From the IMG/VR virus record IMGVR_UViG_3300022750_000002, positions 2,314-66,313 of that record: DNA of 64,000 nucleotides. The stretch is one strand, 5' to 3'. The notes under the pieces were generated by a model, which was not told the DNA's origin, searched no databases, and saw only the letters and a program-made list of their open reading frames with translations. A program made the position numbers and the translations under genes. Source of the DNA: a virus. Below are positions 35,727 through 46,610 of the stretch, in pieces. Position 1 is the first letter of the stretch; the number at the start of each line of letters is the position of its first letter.

Positions 35727-37141
35727 TGGCAGATATAGCTGGTGCAAATCTTATTGGAAGCAATGTAATATATGACACAAGTAGACCTGTAAACCAGTAT
35801 CTACAAAATGCTGCTAAACTACAGGCTCAGGCTTTGGCTGAACAAAAGGTATTGCAAGATGACTTAAATAAGGTTAAAATAGACGGAGTAAGGGAGCCGG
35901 ATAAGCAAGAGTATATCTCAAGGTATAACGATTGGAAAAACACGTTCCATAAAATACAGGCAGAAAGAAACCCTATAAAGAAATCTGAACTTAAAAGTGC
36001 TTTTGATAAGCAAGAGTTGGAATTGCAGGACATGATTAACGACAGTAAGAATCTAGCTAAAGGCGAACAAGAATTTACAAAAGTTTTGTTAACTAAAGAC
36101 AGAGACAATTACACGGATGATACTGTTCCTAAATTCCAAGCAAGTAAAACTCTTTCAAGAAACGACCCTAGATACATTAGAGATACTTTAGCCTATCAAA
36201 GACAACCAGATTTAAGTAAGGTAGATGATCAGTTTAGGCAGATTGATACAGATTTAATGAGTCGTCAACAAGAGGCTAATCCTGTTACGGGAGCTAAAGT
36301 AAAGGTTGGCAATAGAATGGGCACCAATTTGGAGTATAAAACTGTTGTAGACCCTGCAAAACAAATCTACAACTATGGTTTAGCTTACGATAACAATAAA
36401 GACATTAAATACGCTATAAAACAGCAATACAAACAGTTGTTTGATACTTTGCCGGAAGAAGAGGCTAAAGCACAAGCTATATCTGATATGGTCTCTAAAA
36501 GACCTTTATCGAAAGTAAGAAATCAGTTGGTGTTGGATGAGTCTGATTGGAGAGAGAAAATGTTATTTGCGGCAATGCTAAAGAAAGCAAATGCTGAGGA
36601 TAAAAAGGCTCAAGACGACGTTGCTTTATATAGACAGAAAACCATTGACGATATGTTGGGTGGGGTTGCAGGAAGCGGAGAAAGGTTAAAAGCTATTATA
36701 AGCGCTATGCCTGGATATGATAAGTCTAAAATCGATGGAATGATTGGTTCTGTAGGTAATTTAATTCAAATTAGAGTTCCTAAAAAAACAGTTACTTCTA
36801 ATAACGGACTTAAACCAGATGATGAAGATTATAAAGAGACCACTAAAGTTATACCAGCCTATAACGTTACTGTTGACAAAACTAAGCCAAACGCTAAGTT
36901 GCAATTGAATCAACTGCTTAATGACATTACGGGTGAAAAAATATCTGAAAGTAAGGTTCAGACAGGACAGCCTAGTGGAAAAGTAAAAGGACAAATATTT
37001 ACAGAGTCAGGCAGTACACCTAAATCAACGGCACCTAGGTCAATCAGCAGATCAGAATTAGCGAGTAAAGCAGAGGCATCTGGCTATACAGCAAAAGAAT
37101 ACGAGAAATTATTAAAAGCCAAAGGCATAAAGATAAAGTAA
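35726..37141 (+). CDS. Ejection protein 2
   Basis: Helical 471 aa in the ejectosome block. Confidence 0.65.
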   Translation: MADIAGANLIGSNVIYDTSRPVNQYLQNAAKLQAQALAEQKVLQDDLNKVKIDGVREPDKQEYISRYNDWKNTFHKIQAERNPIKKSELKSAFDKQELELQDMINDSKNLAKGEQEFTKVLLTKDRDNYTDDTVPKFQASKTLSRNDPRYIRDTLAYQRQPDLSKVDDQFRQIDTDLMSRQQEANPVTGAKVKVGNRMGTNLEYKTVVDPAKQIYNYGLAYDNNKDIKYAIKQQYKQLFDTLPEEEAKAQAISDMVSKRPLSKVRNQLVLDESDWREKMLFAAMLKKANAEDKKAQDDVALYRQKTIDDMLGGVAGSGERLKAIISAMPGYDKSKIDGMIGSVGNLIQIRVPKKTVTSNNGLKPDDEDYKETTKVIPAYNVTVDKTKPNAKLQLNQLLNDITGEKISESKVQTGQPSGKVKGQIFTESGSTPKSTAPRSISRSELASKAEASGYTAKEYEKLLKAKGIKIK

Positions 37142-37142
37142 G

Positions 37143-40100
37143 ATGGCAGAAGACTTAGACGAATTTGGAATACCAATTAAGAAAAAAGCTCAACCTCAAA
37201 AGAGTGCTGATGTGGATGATTTTGGCATCCCAATTAAAAAAAAAATTGGTTTAGAATCTGCCGTATCGCAATCTCCAATTTCTTCTACAGATGATATTGC
37301 TTACGAGGTAACTCTACCAGAAGAAGTAAATATAAATGCTCAAAGGGTAAATCCATTATTGGGGAATGACCTACAATCACAAATACCTGTATCAAGACAA
37401 AATGAGTTAGTTCAACAGGTTAATGCTCAGGACGCTTCTAATGCCGCTATGTCGGATAAACTCCTCAAAATACAACAAGCATACCAAGGAGATAAAAAAT
37501 CCATTAGACAAGCTCAAAATAGCTCTATAGACAACGGAACAATTACTCAAGGAGTTGAAGAATCTGATAGGGCGGGTAATCGAGCTACATATCTATACAA
37601 TGAGTTGTTAAACGGTATTGGAAGGGTGGCTAGTGGAGCAGGTGATCTAGGAGTTCAGTTTACCAATAAGATATACGGAATAGAGAATGGGGATGAGGTA
37701 TTAAAAGCCTATAGAGAAGAGTTCGCTCCTGGATTAAGAAAAGAGTACTCAAATAAACTTGGTGGAGAACTTGATAAAGGTTTAGAAGCTAAATACCAAA
37801 ATGAGACTTTTACAAGTGCCTTGGGTGGATTGGCAAACTCAGTTCCGGCTATGGCATTAACTGCGGGTAGTGGTGGATTAGGGGCAGGCGCAATGTTTCT
37901 TCAAAGCTATGATGGTGCTTTAGAATCTATTAACAGTTCAGAAGAGGGGAGAAACCTTGATGAGACAACTAAAAGTGTATTTGCAGGAGGTGTAGGATTA
38001 GTTACATCAGCATTAGAGAAATACGGGTTTGATAAGATATTTAAAGGCGAGACAGGGGCTATATCAAACGCTATAGCTAAAAGGGCTTTACAACAAGCAG
38101 AAAGACAAACAGGGGGTAAGGTAACGGGAGATGTATTTACTAAGTTTTTAGATAAGGAAATTGTTAACCTTTCAAATAACTTCGTTAAAGGAGGTGCTAA
38201 GGCTTTAGATGGGGCATTAGTGGAGTATGGTACGGAGGCTTTACAAGAAGGTGCACAAGCAGGAGCAGAGTTGTTGGTTAATAAAGAGACTGGTAAGCCT
38301 GTATTTGACGTTAGTGAAACTTCTAAATGGGATGGGTTCTTAGCCAGAATGAATAAAGCAGGGATTGCAGGTGCTATTGGTGGAGGTTTATTAGGAGGTG
38401 TTGCGGGAATAGCAAATCTATCTAAATCTCAAGTATCAAATACAGAACAAGCTTTACAAGAGACTAATGCGGCATTGGGTAATGAGAATATATCAGATGC
38501 TTCTAAAGAGTTATTGGTTCAACGGAAAATACAACTGCAAGATGAACTTCAAGAACATGCAGACAAAATAGATGAGGCATATCAAAAACTTAATACTAAT
38601 CAAAAGGCACAGGTAAACAACTTGGTGGAGCAGAAAGCTAAAATTCAAGAGGCTATTAATGACCCTGAGTTATCTGATGACATTAAAAAAGATTTAACTG
38701 CGCAAAGTAATGAGGTAGACAAACAAATATCAGAAATCAAGCCTGTAGAAAAATCTGCAACATCTCAAGAGGTTTTTAAAGAATATGATAAAGTAAAAGA
38801 ATTTGAGGGGATAAGACCTCAAGCAGATCAACAATTGGCTGAAATAAGAGACAATTTAGCTAAAGAGTATGGTGTAGAAAGCTATGATGATATTTATGAT
38901 AGGTTAAAATCTGAATCTAATAAAGGTAAAGGATTTTTTGCCAAGCTAATGGGTTCAGATTTACAAGTTAGAAATGCGGCAGAAGCTGAATTTAGAAACA
39001 ACATTTTAGAAGCTTTAAATGAAAGCAAAAGTGATCAGACAGTAAAACCTACCGCAGAGGCAAAAGACGTTGTTACAGACGAGATAAATAAGCTTAATGA
39101 CCTTGCTAAAGACGGTAAGTTAAGTTCGGAAGAGTTTACTAAGACTCATTTGGACGATAACATGACTGTTGAGGAATTGGCTAGGGCTAAAAAAGAGATT
39201 GATGAAGACCCTATTGCATTTGTAGAAAATTTAAGAAAGGCTAATGAAACAAGTAAATCTAGTACTGAAAGTAAGAATGTGGAAGCAACACAAGTTCCTA
39301 AGACAGAAGAAACAGTTGCAGAGACAAGAGAAGAAAGCGTAAAGGTTGAAAAGCCTAAATACGTAATTAAAGGAGAAACAGTAACGCCTAAAGAAGATGT
39401 TAATATACCTACAGAGCCTAACGTTGGAGGAGAAGCTAAAGTTCCTTCGGAAGTTGTACAACTTGCCTCAAATGACGGAGGAAGAAATGGAGCAGAAGAT
39501 AAAGGAACTACAGAAAAAGTCAAAGTAAACGACAAAGTTAAAAGCTTAGATCGACTTGCTCATCAAAATATAGAGAGTGAAGATTTAAACGATACTGCAA
39601 GTAATCAAGCCAGAGAAAAGAAGAGAGACTTTACAGATGAGGAGAGACAGTATAACGTTCAAAAGAGAATGGATGCCCTACGTCATGGTGATGATATTGT
39701 TGTAGAAGCTAAGAAAGCCTTTGGTGATGAATATGTAAATGGACTTCTTGACTACATTGATGAGAACGGCAAAACGTTAACTGCTGATAAAAAGCAATTG
39801 ATGTATGTTACGCTTGAAAACGATTTGAATAGGCAATTATTGGCTGACCCTGATAACTTAACGCTAAAGAAGCAAGAGAAGTTAGTTGCTGACAAGTCAA
39901 GAGCATTTGGTAGAGAAACGGGTAGAGCTACATCTATGGGTCAATTAAGACAATTGGCAAGAGTAGGCTATGACAGTACGCAAGTAACAGAAGACTTCTT
40001 TTCCCCTAAAGAGATTACAGAAAGAAAAAAGGTTGAGAAAGCTGTAAATGCTACTCCTGATGACATAAACAAAGAATATGAAGTTAGGCAAGAAAGTAGA

Positions 40101-42632
40101 ACTGATGCTGAAATAGAGAAAGCTATAGAAAGCGGTGTTCAGAAGCGAATAGATGAGATATACGAGGCTTTACCATCTAGCAGACAGCAAAGGGCAGATA
40201 AAACAATTGCGGCGCTTGAGAGGATTCAAAAGAAGCTTAGAAGCAGAACATATGATGCTAGTATTGGGGTTCCTGTAGCTTTAATCGATGCGGGTATTTC
40301 AACTATTAAGCAAGCTATTAAAACAGGAGTTAAAGTTGCTGATGCTATTGAGTTGGGTATTGCTAAAATCAAAGAGAAGTATGGTAAGGAATGGAAGAAC
40401 GAAGATAAGTTCAGACAAGACATGCTTGATGGGTTTAATGAAGAGAAAATTGATGTAGAAGAAGGGACTAATAGTTATAAAAGTGATCCTACCGTTAAAC
40501 AAGCTTTGATTGATGCAGGATATAGTCGAGATATAAACATCAAGAATAAAGATGGTGTAAAAGAGAAACGCTCTATCCTAGATTGGAAGAAACTCACAGG
40601 GCAGGAGGGTAGCTTAGACAACATTAACAAAGTAGTCGATCAAGTGTTGCCCGACAAGGGATATACAAGTGAGGAGATAGCAAAAATCAAACAAGCTTTA
40701 AAGGACGAGTATAACGACCTTCACGCTTCAATAATTGAAAAGGCTACCAATGACTTAGAAAGACGTAATACTCCAAGAGAAAACAACAGTAAAATATTAG
40801 CCAGAAGATTAGCAGAGTTATATAACCAAGGAGCATTTGATAAGAATCCTGATACGTACGATAGGTTAATCAATCAAACTTTAGGCGTTAGTATTAAAGA
40901 TCAGACCTTATTTGATGAGATTAAGGGCTTACACAAGTCTTTAGCTGACTTAGTTGACTCAAGGGATGCTAATGGCAATAAACTTTCTGATGTGGCTTTA
41001 TCTACGGCAGAGGCTAAGATTAAAAACGACATTAAGAAAGTAATTCAAAAGGTTGCATTTAGCAGTGGTAATGGAGCGTATAAGGCTACGGTAATTGTTA
41101 AGAACCTAGTTAATGGTATGCAGAGACAGTTGTTAAACACTTTAGGACAACTCGTAGAGAATCCGGTATCTGCTGCTTATAACGATTTACAAGTTAAGGT
41201 TCAGGATGCTTTTAAAAAGGGTAAATGGGATACACCTGAATTAAGGGCACAAAGAAGAATGCTTAGTAAGGCCGCTTATAAAAGCGTGTTATTGGATAAA
41301 GGAGAAGAGTACGGGGGTGTGGGTAGTCCATTTACGACTAAAAATGCTTTTGATGACGCTATTAGAAGTGTAACGCCTAATAAATTGTATCAGGCTTATG
41401 TTAGTGCCGTTACAGGTACGGCATTCTTAGATAGTTCAGATAGTGCATTTAAGATTAAAAGAACTGAATTAGAGTTTACACACAATTTAATTAGAGTGCT
41501 TACGGATAAGTCAAACCCAAATGCTATGAGTCAGCAAGAGGCACTTCAATATGTTAATGAGAAATTAACAGGACAAAGTTTTGAAGATGCTAAGAACACC
41601 GCTAAAGATATTATTGAAAGCGTAAATAAGAAAGCAGGTAAGCAGATATTATCTCCAAGTGATACCAACATAGCTAGAATGGCTAATGATATTGTAAAGG
41701 ATGGATTGATAAGGGGAGAGAAGATTACAAAGGATTTAGTTGAAGCTTCATTTAAGGCGGCATACACGACAGCAGGGACAGGATTAGGTCATGAGTCTAA
41801 TAACTTTATCACTAAAGGTTTGGGTGCCTTAAATCGAAGCATAGAGGCTGATTTGAATGATGCTATAAGACGTAAAGAATGGGGAAGGGCGTCATGGTTA
41901 AATATGTACAGCATTCTAAGCAAGAATGTGCTTAATCCTTTTGCAGGTGGTGGTGCCAACTGGACTGTTATTGGACTACAGAAAATGGGCTTGCCCTTAC
42001 AATGGTTAGATACAAACCTAATGAAGAATAAGGCGCTTGATTTAAGTACGGTACAAGGGCTTAAAGACGCTCAGACAGCTTTACAAACTAAGGCATCACT
42101 TAATCGGGCTAATGGCAGAACGCTTATTGCAGGTACAACAGGATTAATTATAGCAGGAGCAGTTTATGGTTCGGGTACAGATGATGACATTAAGAAGTTT
42201 AGAAAGAAACATCCGGTGTTGGATAAGTATTTATATAAAGTTGTACCCCCTATGCTTGCGTTATTAACTGATCCTAACCAAAAAGCAGAGGGAAGAGTAA
42301 GGGCTATAGGTACTTTGCTTGGAGATAGAGCAGGGGGCTTTGGGGATAAGGAGAGAATGTACCTTATTGCTAAGGACTTGGCTAAAGGAAAAGAGAAGTC
42401 TGCTGCGGGGAGAACGGGTGATTTGGTTGGGGGTAGATTCAATGTTCCTTATTCACCTGTAGGTTCATCTCAAATGGCTTATCAGGTTAGGGATTTGTAC
42501 AGAGAGTTTATGGGACTTCCACCTATTAAATCAGACTTCAAGAACAATAAGGGATTTGTTAAAGGATTCTTTAAAAGAGGTTGGTGGGATTACATTACAT
42601 ACGACGATAAAAATAGTAACGACAAGAAATAA
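37143..42632 (+). CDS. Large ejection/internal virion protein (1829 aa)
   Basis: Duplicated D(E/D)FGIPIKKK N-terminal motif, Gly-rich hydrophobic segments; no RNAP DxDGD motif seen. Confidence 0.75.
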   Translation: MAEDLDEFGIPIKKKAQPQKSADVDDFGIPIKKKIGLESAVSQSPISSTDDIAYEVTLPEEVNINAQRVNPLLGNDLQSQIPVSRQNELVQQVNAQDASNAAMSDKLLKIQQAYQGDKKSIRQAQNSSIDNGTITQGVEESDRAGNRATYLYNELLNGIGRVASGAGDLGVQFTNKIYGIENGDEVLKAYREEFAPGLRKEYSNKLGGELDKGLEAKYQNETFTSALGGLANSVPAMALTAGSGGLGAGAMFLQSYDGALESINSSEEGRNLDETTKSVFAGGVGLVTSALEKYGFDKIFKGETGAISNAIAKRALQQAERQTGGKVTGDVFTKFLDKEIVNLSNNFVKGGAKALDGALVEYGTEALQEGAQAGAELLVNKETGKPVFDVSETSKWDGFLARMNKAGIAGAIGGGLLGGVAGIANLSKSQVSNTEQALQETNAALGNENISDASKELLVQRKIQLQDELQEHADKIDEAYQKLNTNQKAQVNNLVEQKAKIQEAINDPELSDDIKKDLTAQSNEVDKQISEIKPVEKSATSQEVFKEYDKVKEFEGIRPQADQQLAEIRDNLAKEYGVESYDDIYDRLKSESNKGKGFFAKLMGSDLQVRNAAEAEFRNNILEALNESKSDQTVKPTAEAKDVVTDEINKLNDLAKDGKLSSEEFTKTHLDDNMTVEELARAKKEIDEDPIAFVENLRKANETSKSSTESKNVEATQVPKTEETVAETREESVKVEKPKYVIKGETVTPKEDVNIPTEPNVGGEAKVPSEVVQLASNDGGRNGAEDKGTTEKVKVNDKVKSLDRLAHQNIESEDLNDTASNQAREKKRDFTDEERQYNVQKRMDALRHGDDIVVEAKKAFGDEYVNGLLDYIDENGKTLTADKKQLMYVTLENDLNRQLLADPDNLTLKKQEKLVADKSRAFGRETGRATSMGQLRQLARVGYDSTQVTEDFFSPKEITERKKVEKAVNATPDDINKEYEVRQESRTDAEIEKAIESGVQKRIDEIYEALPSSRQQRADKTIAALERIQKKLRSRTYDASIGVPVALIDAGISTIKQAIKTGVKVADAIELGIAKIKEKYGKEWKNEDKFRQDMLDGFNEEKIDVEEGTNSYKSDPTVKQALIDAGYSRDINIKNKDGVKEKRSILDWKKLTGQEGSLDNINKVVDQVLPDKGYTSEEIAKIKQALKDEYNDLHASIIEKATNDLERRNTPRENNSKILARRLAELYNQGAFDKNPDTYDRLINQTLGVSIKDQTLFDEIKGLHKSLADLVDSRDANGNKLSDVALSTAEAKIKNDIKKVIQKVAFSSGNGAYKATVIVKNLVNGMQRQLLNTLGQLVENPVSAAYNDLQVKVQDAFKKGKWDTPELRAQRRMLSKAAYKSVLLDKGEEYGGVGSPFTTKNAFDDAIRSVTPNKLYQAYVSAVTGTAFLDSSDSAFKIKRTELEFTHNLIRVLTDKSNPNAMSQQEALQYVNEKLTGQSFEDAKNTAKDIIESVNKKAGKQILSPSDTNIARMANDIVKDGLIRGEKITKDLVEASFKAAYTTAGTGLGHESNNFITKGLGALNRSIEADLNDAIRRKEWGRASWLNMYSILSKNVLNPFAGGGANWTVIGLQKMGLPLQWLDTNLMKNKALDLSTVQGLKDAQTALQTKASLNRANGRTLIAGTTGLIIAGAVYGSGTDDDIKKFRKKHPVLDKYLYKVVPPMLALLTDPNQKAEGRVRAIGTLLGDRAGGFGDKERMYLIAKDLAKGKEKSAAGRTGDLVGGRFNVPYSPVGSSQMAYQVRDLYREFMGLPPIKSDFKNNKGFVKGFFKRGWWDYITYDDKNSNDKK

Positions 42633-42671
42633 TATTTTATAACTACATTTACAACATTAAATCTATACACA

Positions 42672-43139
42672 ATGGCTTTGAAAGTAACACAATCACAATC
42701 TGCTGATGCTAAAACACTAACATTTAAGGATGAAAGTGTTATCTCAGACCCCATTTCAAATTATGTAAGAACGGTTCAGATTTGGGATAACATTGATGCC
42801 ACAGGAAGTTTAATAACAACCATAACATTTTCAGGGAGTAGTTTAACTGTTGATTATGCCGTTTCAACTGATCAATATTTTTCCGCAAAGTTAATCTACA
42901 CAGGAAGCCCTAGTGTTGCGGCGAGTCCTCCAATTAATTTCGTGACAACTCAGTATGAGTATAACCTTTTAGATCAAAAACTTTTAGTTAATTGTGGATG
43001 CGGTTCTAAATGCAAAGGTTGTGATAATCTAACTATGGGGGCATTATACTTATCAGGCGCTCAAAAGGCAGTGTTAAACAGTAATCCCGCTAAAGCCAAT
43101 AACTACATCAGTGCAAGCTATAAATTCCTTAAAGCATAA
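42672..43139 (+). CDS. Tail hub/fibre-associated structural protein
   Basis: Beta-rich N-terminus, CGCGSKCKGC cluster. Confidence 0.55.
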   Translation: MALKVTQSQSADAKTLTFKDESVISDPISNYVRTVQIWDNIDATGSLITTITFSGSSLTVDYAVSTDQYFSAKLIYTGSPSVAASPPINFVTTQYEYNLLDQKLLVNCGCGSKCKGCDNLTMGALYLSGAQKAVLNSNPAKANNYISASYKFLKA

Positions 43140-44038
43140 TGATAACACCTCAACAAATACAGGATACAATATTACTTGCTCAGGCATACACACTTGATCT
43201 TATAGAAGATATTTATGTATCTCAAAAGAGCGGCTGTATGGATTGCAAAGATGCTAGTGAGGTATTTAGAATAGACAATCTTATTTATTCGTTAGAAGGG
43301 AGCTTACAGCGTAATTTAATAGATGATAAGACTGCTAAGATATACTCATGCTTACAGACGGCTATAGCCAATTATAGTGGGGTTGCTACAATAGACCCTA
43401 ATGCTGTAGTTGATGGAGTTACCATTATAATTGAAGAGGGTGGAGGAGATAACAGACCTGATCCTTTGTTGATTGAATGGAGTGACTTGGCATCTACAGG
43501 CGGAGATGGAAGAGTAAGATATGATAATCCATTGTGGGCAGGTTGGTTACCTTTCTTAGAAGTTGATAATAGCCCTTGGCTAACTGAAGGTGTTGATTTT
43601 ATTAATTTAAGTACGGGAGGTTTTATCTTAATCAATCCTATTTACGATGGGCAGGTTATAAGGGCGGTTAACTATGCTAAATCAGGTGTTGTACCACCTA
43701 CTCCAATTACGCCAACCGTAGAGTTTACACAACCCTCTCCAATGACTGTAGGAGATGCTGATCAGACTTTAATAGCTACAACTACCAACCCATTAGGAAT
43801 AATCGTTTACACAAGCCTAAATACAGCCGTAGCTACTATTGTTAGTGGTAAGTTACATGCTGTTAGTGCAGGGAGTGTAGTGGTTAGAGCATCAAGTCCT
43901 GCAAGTACAGGATATAATGAAGCACATGTTGATCGGACGGTTGTGATTAGCGGAGGTAGTGTTACACCTAATCCACCATATGGTCCAATTACTGATGATG
44001 AAAACGATTTATTTAAAGCAACCTTACCTGATTTGTAA
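43139..44038 (+). CDS. Tail fibre/anchor protein with Ig-like domain
   Basis: YTSLNTAVATIVSGKLHAVSAGSVVVRAS (Big_2-like). Confidence 0.7.
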   Translation: MITPQQIQDTILLAQAYTLDLIEDIYVSQKSGCMDCKDASEVFRIDNLIYSLEGSLQRNLIDDKTAKIYSCLQTAIANYSGVATIDPNAVVDGVTIIIEEGGGDNRPDPLLIEWSDLASTGGDGRVRYDNPLWAGWLPFLEVDNSPWLTEGVDFINLSTGGFILINPIYDGQVIRAVNYAKSGVVPPTPITPTVEFTQPSPMTVGDADQTLIATTTNPLGIIVYTSLNTAVATIVSGKLHAVSAGSVVVRASSPASTGYNEAHVDRTVVISGGSVTPNPPYGPITDDENDLFKATLPDL

Positions 44039-45477
44039 TGGCAAAAAGACCGATAACAGACATTGAATATCAAATACTATCAGAAGCGATTACCGGATGC
44101 GACAGTAGTAACCAAGATGGAGTGGACGGAATTAAGATTTATGTAGGCGACAGGGATATACCTATTGGTGGAGTCAAGATGCGTGTTAAAGCTATTGGAG
44201 GTAATCCACCTAGCGATTGGTTAAGTAATACAGTTGCTTTTACTGGATCTGTAGACCCAGACACGACTTTAGGGGTTCTTTATGATAAACAGAGTTGGAA
44301 TAACTTTGATGATTTCGACATTGCTTTAGGTGAAGATACAAAATGGGAGATTGATGGAGATATCCTGTCATCGAATCCAACTCTTGTTAACTTTGGAGCC
44401 GAAACCGGGCAGCCAGGATATTTGTTTTTAGATTATTTAGTTTTAAAGAAGATAAGATATTGTAATGACGTTACTCTAAAAATAGAGGTTAACTATCAAG
44501 TAACAGATTATATAAATAGCACAAGAAACCCAGTTCCACCCGAATCTAATTCAAGAGGCGGTTTTGTAATGTCTTTGGTAGGAGCAAACCCAATTTCTCC
44601 AAATACATCAAGGTTTATAAAAGGCTATATATCTAGTAACGACACGTATGATGATCTATTTACACAATTAAAAGTTGATAATTCTAGAACAACCAGCGAT
44701 CTGTCAGAATCATTAATGGATTTCGATATCGGCGATTTTTTCAAAATAACTATTGAATTATTTCCAGATGGAAGTAAAAAATTTACTTATGAAAATGTAA
44801 CCAAAAATTTATCTTCAGAAGTAGTGTTAACTATGGCTCAAGTAGATTTCAATATCATACAACCTCAATTCGCATATGTACCTGCTAGAGGCGATTTATC
44901 TGGTACATATAAAATAAATTACAATAATATAAAGATAACTTCTAGTATGCTTAAAAATCCATATATTTTATGTGTTGGAGACAGTAAGACTTTTGGCGGT
45001 ACAATAGGAATAAGATATGGTGAGAAGCTCGCTGATTTGTTGGGAAGAACAAGATTGATTTATGGGGGTAGCTCCAATAGGACTCTAGAGACAATAAGAC
45101 TTACTGATTATTTAACCGAGTTCGAGGTTTCTCCTCAAATTATAACTTTGAATATTGGTAGAAATGATTTAGCTTTTTCTGTGCCAACATATGAGTGGCA
45201 AGATAATTATGTACAATTAGTTGCGGATTTAAAGAACTTAAATCCTTCAGCTACATTCATACATGTCTTACCTATAAGAGAAGTTATAGATGGGAATACT
45301 ACTGATCAAACAGTTTTATTAGATTTTATTAATACAACATTTCCTTCTGATTTAAGATATGATCCAGATGATTACGGATGGAATCCTGAAACTATGACAA
45401 ACGATAACGTACATCCAAATTCTATTGGAACTGATAATCTTTCTCAAGGGCTTTTTACGTTTATTAATTCTATTTAA
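44038..45477 (+). CDS. Tail spike with C-terminal SGNH/GDSL esterase
   Basis: CVGDSKT, IGRND, DNVHPN motifs. Confidence 0.85.
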   Translation: MAKRPITDIEYQILSEAITGCDSSNQDGVDGIKIYVGDRDIPIGGVKMRVKAIGGNPPSDWLSNTVAFTGSVDPDTTLGVLYDKQSWNNFDDFDIALGEDTKWEIDGDILSSNPTLVNFGAETGQPGYLFLDYLVLKKIRYCNDVTLKIEVNYQVTDYINSTRNPVPPESNSRGGFVMSLVGANPISPNTSRFIKGYISSNDTYDDLFTQLKVDNSRTTSDLSESLMDFDIGDFFKITIELFPDGSKKFTYENVTKNLSSEVVLTMAQVDFNIIQPQFAYVPARGDLSGTYKINYNNIKITSSMLKNPYILCVGDSKTFGGTIGIRYGEKLADLLGRTRLIYGGSSNRTLETIRLTDYLTEFEVSPQIITLNIGRNDLAFSVPTYEWQDNYVQLVADLKNLNPSATFIHVLPIREVIDGNTTDQTVLLDFINTTFPSDLRYDPDDYGWNPETMTNDNVHPNSIGTDNLSQGLFTFINSI

Positions 45478-45480
45478 CAC

Positions 45481-46518
45481 ATGAAAATAAAACTATTAAT
45501 AATCCTTTTAAGCTTTTGCGCCCTACAAGTTGGGGCGCAAACTAATGATGTTATTGTTACTAAGCCTGTTCCCTTAACCGGATCAAATGCTAATAACCAA
45601 ACTCAATCATACGCTAATTTAAAGGCGTATCTAACGTTATACGTCCCTAAAGGCAATACATGGACTCTTAATGGAGGAAAAGATACTGTAGGTGCTATAA
45701 GATACAATACAGCGTTAGGTAAGCTTGGTGTTTATAAAGGAAGTAATAATTGGGAGGTATTAGGAGGAGGCGGTACATGGGGATCAATAACAGGCAATTT
45801 AAGCGACCAAACAGACCTTCTAACAGCTTTAAATGCTAGACAGTATATAACTAACCTTTCAAATGATTTAACCGCCTCAGCGATCAAATATCCTAGTGTT
45901 AACGCTGTTAATACAGGACTTGCTTTAAAGGCTAATGATAATGCAGTTGTACACTTGAGTGGAACTGAACAGATATATGGCAGTAAGTATTGGTATGATC
46001 CTGCTTTATATATAAATAGCACTAACACAACAGGTATTGAACCAGGAGTCATATTGGTGGGTGGGATAGGTAAGCAGACGAAATATTTAAATACAGGTTT
46101 TCAATTTGCTAATGGTGGGTTCGAACTAAATGTACTACAACCTAATTTAACTACAAACGTTACACAAACATTTCAGGCTAAGAGCGGAAATATAGCTTTA
46201 TTAGAAGACATTACGTCCGCTTTAGGGGTTACAATGAATACAACATCTACTACACTAATGTTGAGTGAAAGAGGTTACTATAATTTCAAAGGTAGCGAAG
46301 ATGCTTCATGGACTTTACCTTCTGCCCCAGCTACAGGTCGTTTTTATAGAATATATAATAAAGCTACAGGTAGTGACCCTATATTAACAATTACAGCAGG
46401 TGGAACAGATGCCTTTTATAAAGGTGGTACTGTTACTACTTCTATTAGCTTGATGCAAGGAGAAAACTTAACAATTCAATATGATGGAGCGGGTCAGTGG
46501 AACGTATATGGCTCATAG
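45481..46518 (+). CDS. Tail fibre-like protein with signal-peptide-like N-terminus
   Basis: WGSITGNLSDQTDL and KANDNAVVHLSGTE fibre repeats. Confidence 0.7.
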   Translation: MKIKLLIILLSFCALQVGAQTNDVIVTKPVPLTGSNANNQTQSYANLKAYLTLYVPKGNTWTLNGGKDTVGAIRYNTALGKLGVYKGSNNWEVLGGGGTWGSITGNLSDQTDLLTALNARQYITNLSNDLTASAIKYPSVNAVNTGLALKANDNAVVHLSGTEQIYGSKYWYDPALYINSTNTTGIEPGVILVGGIGKQTKYLNTGFQFANGGFELNVLQPNLTTNVTQTFQAKSGNIALLEDITSALGVTMNTTSTTLMLSERGYYNFKGSEDASWTLPSAPATGRFYRIYNKATGSDPILTITAGGTDAFYKGGTVTTSISLMQGENLTIQYDGAGQWNVYGS

Positions 46519-46540
46519 GTCTTCCGTTTATTTAAAATAT

Positions 46541-46572
46541 AGGGGATGATCTTAACAGGTTGTCCCTTTTTT
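46541..46572 (+). terminator. Terminator
   Basis: AGGGGATGATC/GGTTGTCCCT plus T-tract. Confidence 0.75.
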
Positions 46573-46610
46573 ATTAACCATTAATTATTCACATTTAAAA
46601 CAATTAGATT

